A stretch of DNA of 63,844 nt, filler included, from Octopus bimaculoides (lineage: Eukaryota), in NCBI RefSeq assembly GCF_001194135.2. It is 5 parts of 5 records of this genome, joined end to end, with 100 filler letters (N's around TTAATTAATTAA, not from the genome) between each part and the next. Parts side by side here need not be neighbours in the genome. Positions count along the whole stretch, not along the records: positions 1 to 22,673 come from NC_068981.1; positions 22,774 to 34,601 come from NC_068997.1; 3 more parts are not named here. One strand, written 5' to 3'. Positions 13,201 through 25,108 of this stretch are shown one piece after another. The notes beneath the pieces were generated by a model. That model was not told the DNA's origin and did not search any database. It worked only from the letters and a program-made list of their open reading frames with translations. Both the position numbers and the translations under genes were made by a program. The stretch's first letter is position 1. Each line of letters begins with the position of its first letter.

Positions 13201-13867
13201 ATGAAAACTAAATTGATAATAGCAAGTTTGGCTTTTTTTACCAACCTCTCCTCTAAATAGATATTCAAGTTTATTCTTTTATAATATCCAGCAAACATTC
13301 TGCTTCAGTTCATGAAATGTGCCACTGCATTCATTAGTTGAAATATAGCAATTTGTTTCTTGGTTTGTTTTTCTCATAGGTAAATATCTGGAAAATTAGA
13401 CTAAAACTAAAATATTTTACTTAGACATCTAATATTAGACATCCACTTTAATCAATACATCTTGTTTAATGTGAAGAACAAATTTGAGTGCAAATTAGTA
13501 AACATGTATAAGTAATTAAGTTAGCAGCTTGCCAAGTGCACTGGGTACTTTTTTTGTGACACTAGCATGAGTGAAGGTTGTTAAGTAACTTGCAAGACAA
13601 GGGAAAAGAAGCCTCTGAGAAGGAGGTGATTTTTTACCTGATATTGAGAGGCTAAAATATGAGAGAGGTGACAAGCACAAGTGTCTTGTATTAAATAGGA
13701 GTGGGTGTGAGTAGCTGGAAAGAAGATAGAGATATTGGTGAAGAGGTGAAAAGGAAATCAGTGAGGATTGTGATGTCAGACAGTATTGAGGTGGTGGGAT
13801 AGATGTTCTCAACTCTGGTTAATGATAATTCAACAACAACTGATGCTGGAGTCAGAAGGAATTGGAG

Positions 13868-14292
13868 ATCATCATCATCATCGTCGTTTAACGTCCGCTT
13901 TCCATGCTAGCATGGGTTGGACGATTTGACTGAGGACTGGTGAAACTGGATGGCAACAGCAAGCTCCAATCTGATTTGGCAGAGTTTCTACAGCTGGATG
14001 CCCTTCCTAACGCCAACCACTCAGAGTGTAGTGGGTGCTTTTACGTGTCACCCGCACGAAGGCCAGTCAGGCGGTACTGGCAATGGCCACGCTCAAAATG
14101 GTGTATTTTATGTGCCACCCGCACAAGAGCCAGTCCAGGGGCACTGGCAACGATCTTGCTCGAAAATTCTACGAAGGCCAGTCAGGCTGTACTGGCAACG
14201 GTCACGCTCAAAATGGTGTATTTTATGTGCCACCCGCACATAAAATACACCATTTTGAGCGTGACTGTTGCCAGTACCGCCTGACTGGCCTT
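13868..14292 (-). mobile_element. RTE-LINE 3' end with (GAT)n tail, internal tandem duplication and 5' foldback
   Basis: Homologous to the 20874-21161 segment, which lies downstream of an RTE RT fragment across a gap. Confidence 0.75.
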
Positions 14293-14297
14293 ATTAA

Positions 14298-14515
14298 CCC
14301 TTTAGCATTAAAACCACCATATCTGGCCCAAATATTCTACCTGTTTTATGTTGACACTGGCCAGTTCTGGCCTCTCACATCTATCCTACCATGTCATTCT
14401 AAAAATAAGCAATCACATCATCAAAATCTTGATGCTATGAGATAATCATGATTATGTTAAAAGCATGTGAATAAACATGCATTACGTTTGACAGAGTAAT
14501 CTGAATGCTAAAGGA
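14298..14515. mobile_element. piggyBac-type MITE, copy 2
   Basis: TTAA|CCCTTTAGCATT ... AATGCTAAAGGA|TTAA. Confidence 0.75.
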
Positions 14516-14627
14516 TTAAATATTATGCCAAGTCAGTGACTCAAACAGAAATTTGTCTTGTTAAAAATGCTACATAAATACAGTTCTTAAGCATTTAATA
14601 CTGTTTTTTGCCTTTTTTATTCCATAG

Positions 14628-14735
14628 ATCCTTACAAAAGAGAAAGAGCATTTACAATCAAGCAATGATCTTTTGAAGATTCAGTTAACATCTATTAATG
14701 AAATCTTAATTTTACAAGAAGCAGAATTATCACAG
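14628..14735 (+). CDS. CCHCR1: CCHCR1-like exon (ILTKEKEHLQSSNDLLKIQLTSINEILILQEAELSQ)
   Basis: tccatag| and |gttagt, phase 0 to 0. Matches recalled CCHCR1 LLQVRVQSLTHILALQEEEL. Confidence 0.88.
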
Positions 14736-15784
14736 GTTAGTTATTGTAATTCATCATTGTTACAAGATAGACTTTTGTTTATCTCTATTTTTAATGTGTT
14801 TATTAAAAATATATAAATGTTCTATCTAATTCATCATAGATATTTTTTGCTACATTTTTTGAGTATACACCTATTTATGTGCTTGTGTGTGTTGAATATC
14901 TATCTTGTGGCAGAATATAGATCGTCAAATTGGCTGGAAGAAGGGGCACTATAGTACTGTTCTGTTACCTTCTTCCGGTAGGTATTTAGTCTAAGATGTC
15001 CAAAGGAGGGAAAATGGCAGCTGTCATGCTTTTGTCTTATTCAGTTTAACAGAAAATTGACACCTAATTTGATTTTAATTGTCTAGGTGATCACTTTTAA
15101 ATTATAAATGTTTACTGATTTATATTATTGGTTGTATCTGTCTATTTTAATTACTTTGTCATTGATGATGATGACCAAAGACATCACATGAAAGAAAAAC
15201 ACAGGTCATGGTGTGTCTGGCTATGGCCAATCAGTCTAATGCATGCTTGGAAGGCTCTGCTGGGACTGAAGGTAAGAAGTTGACTCTGGACTTGTGCAGT
15301 TTGCATTTTATTCATGCCGAAGCAATCCTGTTTTGTTCATAGGAGGTAGCACCTCTGTTGGTGCAGCTTTGCTAGGCAGTGTGGTCTTTTGCTTGCATTT
15401 CTCAAGTGTTGGGGTTGATCTCAAAGCTCTTCAGTGAGGCTTTGAGTGAATCTAATAAGATGTGAACTCATTATAAAATACTTTTCACACTGCATTCCAT
15501 TCAGTAAGCTGGATACTGAAAGGAAAGGTATCCAGTTGAATGTTTATTGTTTGAAAAGGAAATTAAACAATTAACCGATTAATATAGAAATCTTTATATA
15601 TGTAGAAATTCCACACCCCTGTTAACATGAGAAAATCAATATAAAGATCATTACCCACTCTTGGAAGAAAAGTAGAAAAAACTATAATGTGTTGTATCAG
15701 ATACTATAATGCTATTCCAAATATATTGTGTAATATTAGTGTACATGAATAACAAGGCATAAATGATTTGAGGGAAAAACCTCC

Positions 15785-16040
15785 TGTAAGAAGAAGCAGA
15801 TGCAGCATAGTATGGACATGTAATGCACGTGGATGATGAGAGTTATGTAAAAATGTGTTAGGAGATCTAAGTGCAAGGAATCTGTGGAAAAAGAAGTCTG
15901 TGGGGAAACATGGTCAGAAGTGGTAAAGTCTGATCTCAGGGTGTTGAGCCTGTAAAAAGAAAGGAAAAGGAATACAAGTGGTGAGATGATGTGTTGGGAA
16001 GAACCCATCCAACCCTTGCTTCCATACAAAATGGATATAA
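15785..16040 (+). mobile_element. Degenerate RTE-LINE 3' fragment
   Basis: Translation YGHVMHVDDESYVKMC...TWSEVVKSDLRVLSL resembles the RTE WYGHVxRMD...KTWxEVVxxDL motif. Confidence 0.6.
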
Positions 16041-16261
16041 AAATAATAATGATTGTACAATTCTAGATTTCTGAGATGAGGAATTTATATTATGTATACT
16101 GTTTATATTAGTTGGAGTGGTGTCAGGTCACTCCAGCTTTTTTCAGATGTCATGTCTTGAACTCGGTTGTCATGAAGCATGAAGAATGGGAACAGTGTAC
16201 CCCCATGGATCAAATAACAGTTAGCTTTGAAATTCTGATACAACAATTGAGTTCAACACAA

Positions 16262-16305
16262 GACACCTGAAGAAAGCTGGAGTGTACAACAGCTGAAATG
16301 TAGTG
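16262..16305 (+). ncRNA. Minimal type I hammerhead-like motif, family 1, diverged
   Basis: GACAC CUGAAGA A AGCUG(10 nt)CAGCU GAAA UGUA GUG. Confidence 0.55.
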
Positions 16306-17194
16306 AAAGTAACAATCAAAATGAGGACTAATATAAACACTATACATAATAATTATTGTTATATTCTTTGTTTAGTATGCAACCATTATTATTTGGCGTA
16401 TTATATCAACTAATAAATATTTTATTTTCAATCTTGTATATTACACATGATTTGATGTGCCGAGAGCAATATGTTGTAAATTTTAGTGTATCATTTAGGC
16501 TGTATCATTATATTTAGTGTATCATTTAGGCTGTATCAGTATTGTAACATCATACACAAGCAAACAACAACTAGGTTATTCTTTTATGCTACATGCAAAT
16601 AAATGAAAACAACCAAATGTCTGTGTACAGTTACAAAATTCTCCTAATGTCCTGATGTAGAAAGCTTAAATTAAGACCTTGCCTAACTATCCTGATGGAT
16701 TGAATGTGTCCAACTACTCCTCTCATTGGTCCATATTGTACTATTTCTATTGTAGCTGATTTACTTCAATAGTGTTCTCTCAGCAAACTTGTTTTGTTCA
16801 GTTATCCTATACATATATACATATGCACATACTCATGTATGTCTGTAGGTATATACATATGTATGTATGTGTGTATGTATATATGTATGTATGTATGTAT
16901 GTATGTACGTACATATGTAGATGTAGGTACCTACATACATACACATGTGCACACATGCAAATGTGCATAGATATATATATGCGTGTGTACATATGTACAT
17001 GGATAATGACATACATATGTACATATGTATGTACATATATACATACACACATACATTCATACGTGTAGATGCATGTATACAAACATACATGTATGTGTGT
17101 GTGTGCATGCATCTTTATATATCATTTTCTAGTTTAATATTATGCAAATTTACATTAATTGTTAATGTAATATTTTGTTTGATTTGTGTTCCAG

Positions 17195-17247
17195 TATAAA
17201 GCTAAATACCATGATAATGAACAAGATGAAATTTTACTAATTAAAAA
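17195..17247 (+). CDS. CCHCR1: CCHCR1-like exon (YKAKYHDNEQDEILLIK(K))
   Basis: gttccag| and |gtaagt; phase 0 to 2 is exactly what bridges 14735 to 17848. Confidence 0.8.
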
Positions 17248-17369
17248 GTAAGTATTTTAATATAATCAGTATTTTAATATAAATATTTTAATATAATAAG
17301 TGTATAAAGATGTTAGTTCTGATTAGACAGGCTTATGATCAAAGCATATTTTTTTCTTCAGACATTGAG

Positions 17370-17637
17370 ATCGTTGCCAGTGCCCCTGGACTGGCTTGTG
17401 CGGGTGGCACATAAAAGACACCATTTCGAGCGTGGCCGTTTTCGTGCGGGTGACACGTAAAAGCACCCACTACACTCTCTGAGTGGTTGGCGTTAGGAAG
17501 GGCATCCAGCTGTAGAAACTCTGCCCAATTAGATTGGAGCCTGGTGTTGCCATCCGGTTTCACCAGTCCTCAGTCAAATCGTCCAACCCATGCTAGCATG
17601 GAAAGCGGACGTTAAACGATGATGATGATGATGATTC
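17370..17637 (+). mobile_element. Young RTE-LINE 3' end, inverted relative to the 13868 and 20874 copies
   Basis: Near-identical reverse complement of about 20880-21145; (GAT)n tail at 17618-17637. Confidence 0.8.
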
Positions 17638-17847
17638 TAGTATGTTGTTCCTCTTTTTTTAAAGACAGTATGATTTGAGGATGATTTAGCTGCTCGTGTT
17701 TGAGGGTATTTATTGTATGCTGTACTATATTGTAACAATACAAAAAAATAACAATAATACAATAAAAATACAATTGTCAGTTAGATTTCATATAATAATA
17801 ACATGTCAAATAGGGATGAACTAAACAAATATTTCTTTGACTTTTAG

Positions 17848-17935
17848 ATGGAGAGAGAAATTATTTTCTGTTATGGTCCAGCATAAATCAGCAATAATTC
17901 GGCAAGAAAATGATATAGTGAAGTGGAAAGAGAAG
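17848..17935 (+). CDS. CCHCR1: CCHCR1-like exon (WREKLFSVMVQHKSAIIRQENDIVKWKEK)
   Basis: cttttag| and |gttggt, phase 2 to 0. WREKLFSVMVQ matches recalled CCHCR1 signature WREKVFALMVQ. Confidence 0.9.
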
Positions 17936-18590
17936 GTTGGTGACACTAATTTCTTTGATAGTTGTACTTGTTTGATGTTTGTATACTGTTTGAGAATGGA
18001 GTGTGGGTAGAGTAAACTTTAGGGAAAGTGAAAGAATGAGGTGTTGTACAGTGATAATTTATAAGACAGACCGTTTGGACAAGGTTGTATGTAGCATACA
18101 AGAGGAAAGAGCAAGCAAATATATAACCTGTATATGATGAGAATGGATGTGAAATTGGTTCATTTCAGGTGATTGATATAAAGTATGCAGAACAAAAGTA
18201 GATTGTTTAAAATGTAGAACACTGCTATAAAATTTGATGTTAGGAAATTTGAATGAACTGCAACGGTCTGATATAAAGATAACTAAAAGATAAGCAATAA
18301 TGGATTAACTAGATGATTAACCTTGTTTTTACCTTTCTATTTACAATATGTTTCAATCAATATGTTCTCTAATTGCCTTCAAGTAGACAACAAACATATC
18401 CATAATGCCAAATTTCCATAGGAGATACATTTTCAAAGAAATATAAACTTATTTCAGAAAGAATAGCTATATTAAACTGGAGTTTTAACTGGGCCTACAT
18501 GTTAGTTGCTTCTGTAGTTCTTTCTTACAGTAACATTATCCAGCATATTTTAGAGTTTCTGTTTTCATACAATAAATATTCATATACCCC

Positions 18591-18838
18591 GGGCATATGG
18601 CGTAGTGGTTAAGAGTGCGGGCTACTAACCCCAAGATTCCGAGTTCGATTCCAGGCAGTGACCTGAATAATAATAATAATAATAATAACAACATTGAAAA
18701 ATACCTTAGGAATGAGAACCCAGGTTCGAAATTTCCCCAATACACCTGATGAAGGCTGGAGGGTATATTAGCTGAAGCGTTGTGTTAACAACAAACAAGA
18801 TGAGGACAAATATCCCTCAAATGTAAATAATGTAAATA
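18591..18838 (+). mobile_element. tRNA-headed SINE-like element with (AAT)n, a hammerhead-like motif and an (AATGTAAAT)n tail
   Basis: A box TGGCGTAGTGG, B box GAGTTCGATTCC, no acceptor-stem pairing; same order of parts as the 40069-40387 copy. Confidence 0.8.
18741..18786 (+). ncRNA. Minimal type I hammerhead-like motif, family 1 (A15.1 changed to G)
   Basis: UACAC CUGAUGA A GGCUG(10 nt)UAGCU GAAG CGUU GUGUU. Confidence 0.55.
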
Positions 18839-20071
18839 TTCTTGTTTTAAATTGTCGTTTCTCCTCCTATCTGGAGTTTCTGGTGTTCTTCCATTTAGAT
18901 TGTTAGGTGTCATCCTGTTGCAATGGGATCGAACCTAAGACCACTTTGTTGTGAAATAAACTTCTTAACTACGTAATCATGCCTGGTTACATATGATTTA
19001 GATTCTGACTTTTTACAGTAGGGTAGATTCACAGTGTAGTTGAATGAATTTGATGATTTACCAATTGAAATGAAAGGTAGCTAGAAACATGCTGAGGTCT
19101 AGTCAGTGTTTATTTATTACAGTGCATGGAATCTTCTATAAGTATTTCTTTGACTCATCTATTTCTTGAATTGGTTTTATTCTAGTTAGTGAAATGTGGA
19201 ATAATGTTATGTTTGAATACTGACTCTCTATATAATCTTTCACTAAGTTTCAATCGTTTGAGCTTTTATGAAGTTCATGTTGGACGACTGCCTTATTGGT
19301 GCTTATTTTAATGCAGACTACGCCTTTCTTGTGAAGGGACATAACTCAATGACTCACTACCACAAGTTATTTTTCTTCGATGGCACTAATCTACACTTAC
19401 TTATATTTATACCTACATGATTGGCATTATGCACAAGTTTCGACTAGCAAATTTCACTCACACGATAATAATCAAGTGAGGCCATAGTAGAAGATACAGG
19501 CAATGGGATCGAATGTAAAAACACTTTATTACGAAATAAACTTCTCAGCTGCACAACCATGTCTGGCTACAAATTATTTAGATTCAGACTTAAACAATAG
19601 AGCAGACTCACAGAATAGTTGAAGGAGTTGGATGATTTACCAATTGAAATGAAAGGTGGTTAGAAACACATGCTGAGGTCCAGTCAATGTCTATTATTTG
19701 CAGTAATAATTAATCTCAGAATTATAAAGTTGAAGGTATTTAAACATGATATCCAATTTATGTAAAAATATTAAACTACTCACTCTACTTTGTTGATTCT
19801 TGGAAGAACATTCAGCTGGAAAAATATATTTTTGATACTCAGTAATAAATTAAGGCAGACAGCTGGCAGAAACATTAGCACACTAGTGAAATCCGTTTGT
19901 CTTCATGTTCTGAGTTCAAATTCCGCTGAGGTCAACTTTACCTTTAATCCTCTTAGGGTTGATGAAATTAGTTCCATTTGAGCACTGGGGTCAATGCAAT
20001 TGACTTACCCTGCCCTCAAAATTGCTGGCTTTGTGCCAAAATTTGGAACTAATGTTTAATAATGAATTATA

Positions 20072-20283
20072 CAGGGTGTCCACAAAATTTGGGTACATGG
20101 TGATTAACACATACTTTAAGAAATTATTATTTCTTATATTTAATTGTTTATGTTATGATTTTATTTACTCCATGTACCCACATGGGGATTAACACATACT
20201 TTAAGAAATTATTATTTCTTATATTTAATTGTTTATGTTATGATTTTATTTACTCCATGTAGCCAGACTTTGTGGACACCCTG
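20072..20283. mobile_element. Tc1/mariner MITE with internal tandem duplication of about 84 bp
   Basis: TA|CAGGGTGTCCACAAA ... TTTGTGGACACCCTG|TA. Confidence 0.85.
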
Positions 20284-20873
20284 TACTTTGCTTTAAAACA
20301 TTGAGTTGTTGCAAAAGGAATAGATTTATTTTATATTTGCATTGTACATAATTGGACTTAAACCAAATTTTGTTTCAACAAAGTTAAAAGAGAAAGGTCA
20401 CTCTTCTCCAGCTAGTAAGACCAGTGATGTTCAGTTTGAACTTCAGTGTGTGGATGACTGCAGTAAAAAGTTGATTGGGAGGAAATTCTAGAGATCTGTT
20501 GATCTGAGGAGGAAGAAATTTAAAAAAATTGTTAAATGTGGAAAGTGGGAGGTGGAACACTGTAGGGGTCATTAGAATAGGAAAGACAGATATGTCAAAT
20601 GAACTTAATTGCAAGAGAAGAATGGAGGTTGTCCTAGAAGCTGTAGAAAAGACAAAGAAGCAATGCATCTTTAACCCAGTGGTTGTAGTATGTTAGTAAC
20701 TGTTTATTAATCTGTTGGACATAATTTTTGATGCAGTCTAGAATTCTTCTGAGCGTAACAGCAGTACAATCTCAAATATGTGAGCAGTTCTTCAACATGG
20801 AATTTTCATGAGCTTTATATAAACTTCTTTGAGCAACATATCTAACTTATTGTTTTATGCATATGTATATATT

Positions 20874-21790
20874 ATCATCATCATCATCATCATCGTTTAA
20901 CGTCCGCTTTCCATGCTAGCATGGGTTGGACGATTTGACTGAGGACTGGTGAAACCGGATGGCAACACCAGGCTCCAATCTAATTTGGCAGAGTTTCTAC
21001 AGCTGGATGCCCTTCCTAACGCCAACCACTCAGAGAGTGTAGTGGGTGCTTTTACGTGTCACCCGCACGAAAACGGCCACGCTCGAAATGGTGTCTTTTA
21101 TGTGCCACCCGCACAAGCCAGTCCAGGGGCACTGGCAACGATCTCACTCGAAAATCCTACGNNNNNNNNNNNNNNNNNNNNNNNNNNNNNNNNNNNNNNN
21201 NNNNNNNNNNNNNNNNNNNNNNNNNNNNNNNNNNNNNNNNNNNNNNNNNNNNNNNNNNNNNNNNNNNNNNNNNNNNNNNNNNNNNNNNNNNNNNNNNNNN
21301 NNNNNNNNNNNNNNNNNNNNNNNNNNNNNNNNNNNNNNNNNNNNNNNNNNNNNNNNNNNNNNNNNNNNNNNNNNNNNNNNNNNNNNNNNNNNNNNNNNNN
21401 NNNNNNNNNNNNNNNNNNNNNNNNNNNNNNNNNNNNNNNNNNNNNNNNNNNNNNNNNNNNNNNNNNNNNNNNNNNNNNNNNNNNNNGCAATCGTCTCTCT
21501 TGCACACCACAACTGATGCTTCTAATATTCAGCTTTTCTCTCAAGATACTTACACTCTGACGGGTATTCACATTGACATTACACATCCAACGGAGCATAC
21601 TGGCTTCATTCCTTGCGAGCTTACGTATGTCCTCAGCAGTTACAGCCCATGTTTCACTGCCATGTAGCATGGCTGTTCGTACGCATGCGTCATACAGTCT
21701 ACTTTTTACTCTGAGTGAGAGTCCCTTTGTCGCCAGCAGGGGTAAGAGCTCTCTAAACTTTGCCCAGGCTATTCTTATTCTAGCAGCTAT
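20874..21790 (-). mobile_element. 5'-truncated RTE-type LINE: RT C-terminus at 21487-21790, gap, 3' UTR and (GAT)n tail
   Basis: IAARIRIAWAKFRELLPLLATKGLSLRVKSRLYDACVRTAMLHGSETW...MLRWMCNV...QERRL. Confidence 0.88.
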
Positions 21791-21911
21791 ATGTTATATA
21801 TATTATATGTAACATATATATACATATGTATATATTATATGTGAATGTCATGAGAATGAAAAAGGGTATCTACCAGTTCAAGCTAATGCTTTCTTTTATG
21901 AGTAATTTTAA

Positions 21912-22118
21912 CCCTTTAGCATTCAGATTACTTTGTCAAATGTAATGTTTATTTTTTCATGTCATTTTGAATTAATCTTGCATTATCTTGTAGATTTCAA
22001 TGATGTGATTGTTTATTTTTAGAATGTAGAGTAGGTGTGAGAGGCTGGATCTGGTCCGTTTGAACATAAAACAGGTAGAATATTTGGGCCAGGAATCACT
22101 AGTTTAAATGCTAAATGG
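21912..22118. mobile_element. piggyBac-type MITE, copy 3, opposite orientation
   Basis: TTAA|CCCTTTAGCATT ... AATGCTAAATGG|TTAA. Confidence 0.75.
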
Positions 22119-22232
22119 TTAACCTAATAAATAAATTGCTTGATTCTTTTTCAGCTTACTATAGAAAAGTCAGTATAAAATATAAGGAAACATTACTGAT
22201 TTCTACTTAACAATTTTTTCTTTCAAATTTAG

Positions 22233-22343
22233 GTATCCAATATACAAAATAAATTGAATTTATCAGAAAACCAGCTCCAAATATTTAATCATTCTTTGTC
22301 AAATAAACAAGCAGAGCTTGACATCACAATCAATGAAAATAAG
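22233..22343 (+). CDS. CCHCR1: CCHCR1-like exon, last one found (VSNIQNKLNLSENQLQIFNHSLSNKQAELDITINENK)
   Basis: atttag| and |gtgaga, phase 0 to 0. Colinear with recalled VASLQEKV...LQRSLQDKAAEVEVE. No stop codon is reached before the join at 22674. Confidence 0.85.
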
Positions 22344-22673
22344 GTGAGATTGTGGAAACTTCTATTGTTTATATTCTCTTTACTCTTTTACTCTTTTACT
22401 TGTTTCAGTCATTTGACTGTGGCCATGCTGGAGCACCGCCTTTAGTCGAGCAAATCAGCCCCAGGAATTATTCTTTGTAAGCCTAGTACTTATTCTATTG
22501 GTCTCTTTTGCCGAACTGCTAGTTACAGGGACGTAAACACACCAGCATCGGTTGTCAAGTGATGTTGGGGGGACAAACACAGACATACAAACATATACAC
22601 ACACATACATATATACATATATATATATACATATATATATATACATATATATATATACATATATATATATACA

Positions 22674-22773
22674 NNNNNNNNNNNNNNNNNNNNNNNNNNN
22701 NNNNNNNNNNNNNNNNNTTAATTAATTAANNNNNNNNNNNNNNNNNNNNNNNNNNNNNNNNNNNNNNNNNNNN
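22674..22773. other. Scaffold join with synthetic linker; also 34602-34701, 48112-48211, 57295-57394
   Basis: Each is exactly 44 N + TTAATTAATTAA + 44 N; the palindromic linker has stops in all six frames. Confidence 0.93.
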
Positions 22774-23039
22774 TATATATATATATATATATATATTTAG
22801 CTACATAAGGAATGTATACACCTTATGATGAATTGATATACAATACGTATGTATATACATATATATATATATATATGTTTAGATAAATGTATGTGTATGT
22901 GTATGTATTTATGTATGTTTGTATGTATAAATATAGATATACATATGCGCATAAACATATTATACATACACAAACAAATACACACACACACACACATGCA
23001 CATGCACTCGTATATATATGTGTGTATGTGGGTGTGTAT

Positions 23040-23078
<39 letters not shown>

Positions 23079-23452
23079 TTACTACATCAGATATGTAAGC
23101 GCGTGCGTGCGTACGTATATGTATAACTTCTTTATTTGTTATTTTAAATACATTTATATGTATGTGATGTGTGTGTGTATGTGTGTGTATGTGCGTGTGT
23201 GTGTATGCATGCATCAGCGTGTAAATAAATATATTTTGGACGCACATTTAAATAAATAAAATATACATGCACGCTTAAATACTTTGGGGAAAAAAAACAG
23301 GATATGAATAAATATTTAGATGCATAGGTAGATACATACAGACCAGTATATCTGGTGTACGTCGGAATACATACGGATGACTATGGGTGGAGGAAGGAAT
23401 GGGGGGATGGAGGGATGGATAGATGGATGGATTGTATATGTATGTGTGTGTG

Positions 23453-23506
<54 letters not shown>

Positions 23507-24640
23507 NNNNNNNNNNNNNNNNNNNNNNNNNNNNNNNNNNNNNNNNNNNNNNNNNNNNNNNNNNNNNNNNNNNNNNNNNNNNNNNNNNNNNNNNNNNNNN
23601 NNNNNNNNNNNNNNNNNNNNNNNNNNNNNNNNNNNNNNNNNNNNNNNNNNNNNNNNNNNNNNNNNNNNNNNNNNNNNNNNNNNNNNNNNNNNNNNNNNNN
23701 NNNNNNNNNNNNNNNNNNNNNNNNNNNNNNNNNNNNNNNNNNNNNNNNNNNNNNNNNNNNNNNNNNNNNNNNNNNNNNNNNNNNNNNNNNNNNNNNNNNN
23801 NNNNNNNNNNNNNNNNNNNNNNNNNNNNNNNNNNNNNNNNNNNNNNNNNNNNNNNNNNNNNNNNNNNNNNNNNNNNNNNNNNNNNNNNNNNNNNNNNNNN
23901 NNNNNNNNNNNNNNNNNNNNNNNNNNNNNNNNNNNNNNNNNNNNNNNNNNNNNNNNNNNNNNNNNNNNNNNNNNNNNNNNNNNNNNNNNNNNNNNNNNNN
24001 NNNNNNNNNNNNNNNNNNNNNNNNNNNNNNNNNNNNNNNNNNNNNNNNNNNNNNNNNNNNNNNNNNNNNNNNNNNNNNNNNNNNNNNNNNNNNNNNNNNN
24101 NNNNNNNNNNNNNNNNNNNNNNNNNNNNNNNNNNNNNNNNNNNNNNNNNNNNNNNNNNNNNNNNNNNNNNNNNNNNNNNNNNNNNNNNNNNNNNNNNNNN
24201 NNNNNNNNNNNNNNNNNNNNNNNNNNNNNNNNNNNNNNNNNNNNNNNNNNNNNNNNNNNNNNNNNNNNNNNNNNNNNNNNNNNNNNNNNNNNNNNNNNNN
24301 NNNNNNNNNNNNNNNNNNNNNNNNNNNNNNNNNNNNNNNNNNNNNNNNNNNNNNNNNNNNNNNNNNNNNNNNNNNNNNNNNNNNNNNNNNNNNNNNNNNN
24401 NNNNNNNNNNNNNNNNNNNNNNNNNNNNNNNNNNNNNNNNNNNNNNNNNNNNTGAATCTATATTTATATATATATATATATATATACATATTATTGTACA
24501 CGCTTGTACATATGCATATATGTATATATAAATACAGTTATATATATACATACATACATACATACATACATACATACATACATACATACATACATAGAGA
24601 GACAGACGGACAAATAGACAGATAGATAGACAGACAGGTC

Positions 24641-24673
<33 letters not shown>

Positions 24674-25073
24674 GTGGGCCATGTATGCGGTTATGTACGT
24701 ATGTGTGTTAGCAGTATGTATTTATGTATGTATGTATGTATGTATGTATGCATGTATGTATGTATGCATGTATGTATGTATGCATATATCTACAAGCGTA
24801 TTTATTTATACGTGGATATATGCGCGCGCATACTTACACACCTCTTCAGAAATATAGGTTACTGGCAGCACTGATGTATATATTAGACAACAATTTATAA
24901 ATGTATATATGAATACATTCACACAGTTATGTAGATATCGAAAGACACTCACAATAATTCTCACACGCAAACGTTTATACAGACATACGAGTATATATGT
25001 ATATATGTATGTGAGAATGCGTTAACGCAATCATATTTCCATACAGAAAAACGAAATTTCAATAGTTATCAAC

Positions 25074-25108
<35 letters not shown>

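Noticed and set aside
13940-14445. Overlapping ORFs, repeated at 17339 and 20949
   Set aside because: Antisense readings of the RTE 3' UTR.
18591-18665. tRNA gene
   Set aside because: A and B boxes are present but the acceptor stem cannot pair, and it is the head of a repeated element.
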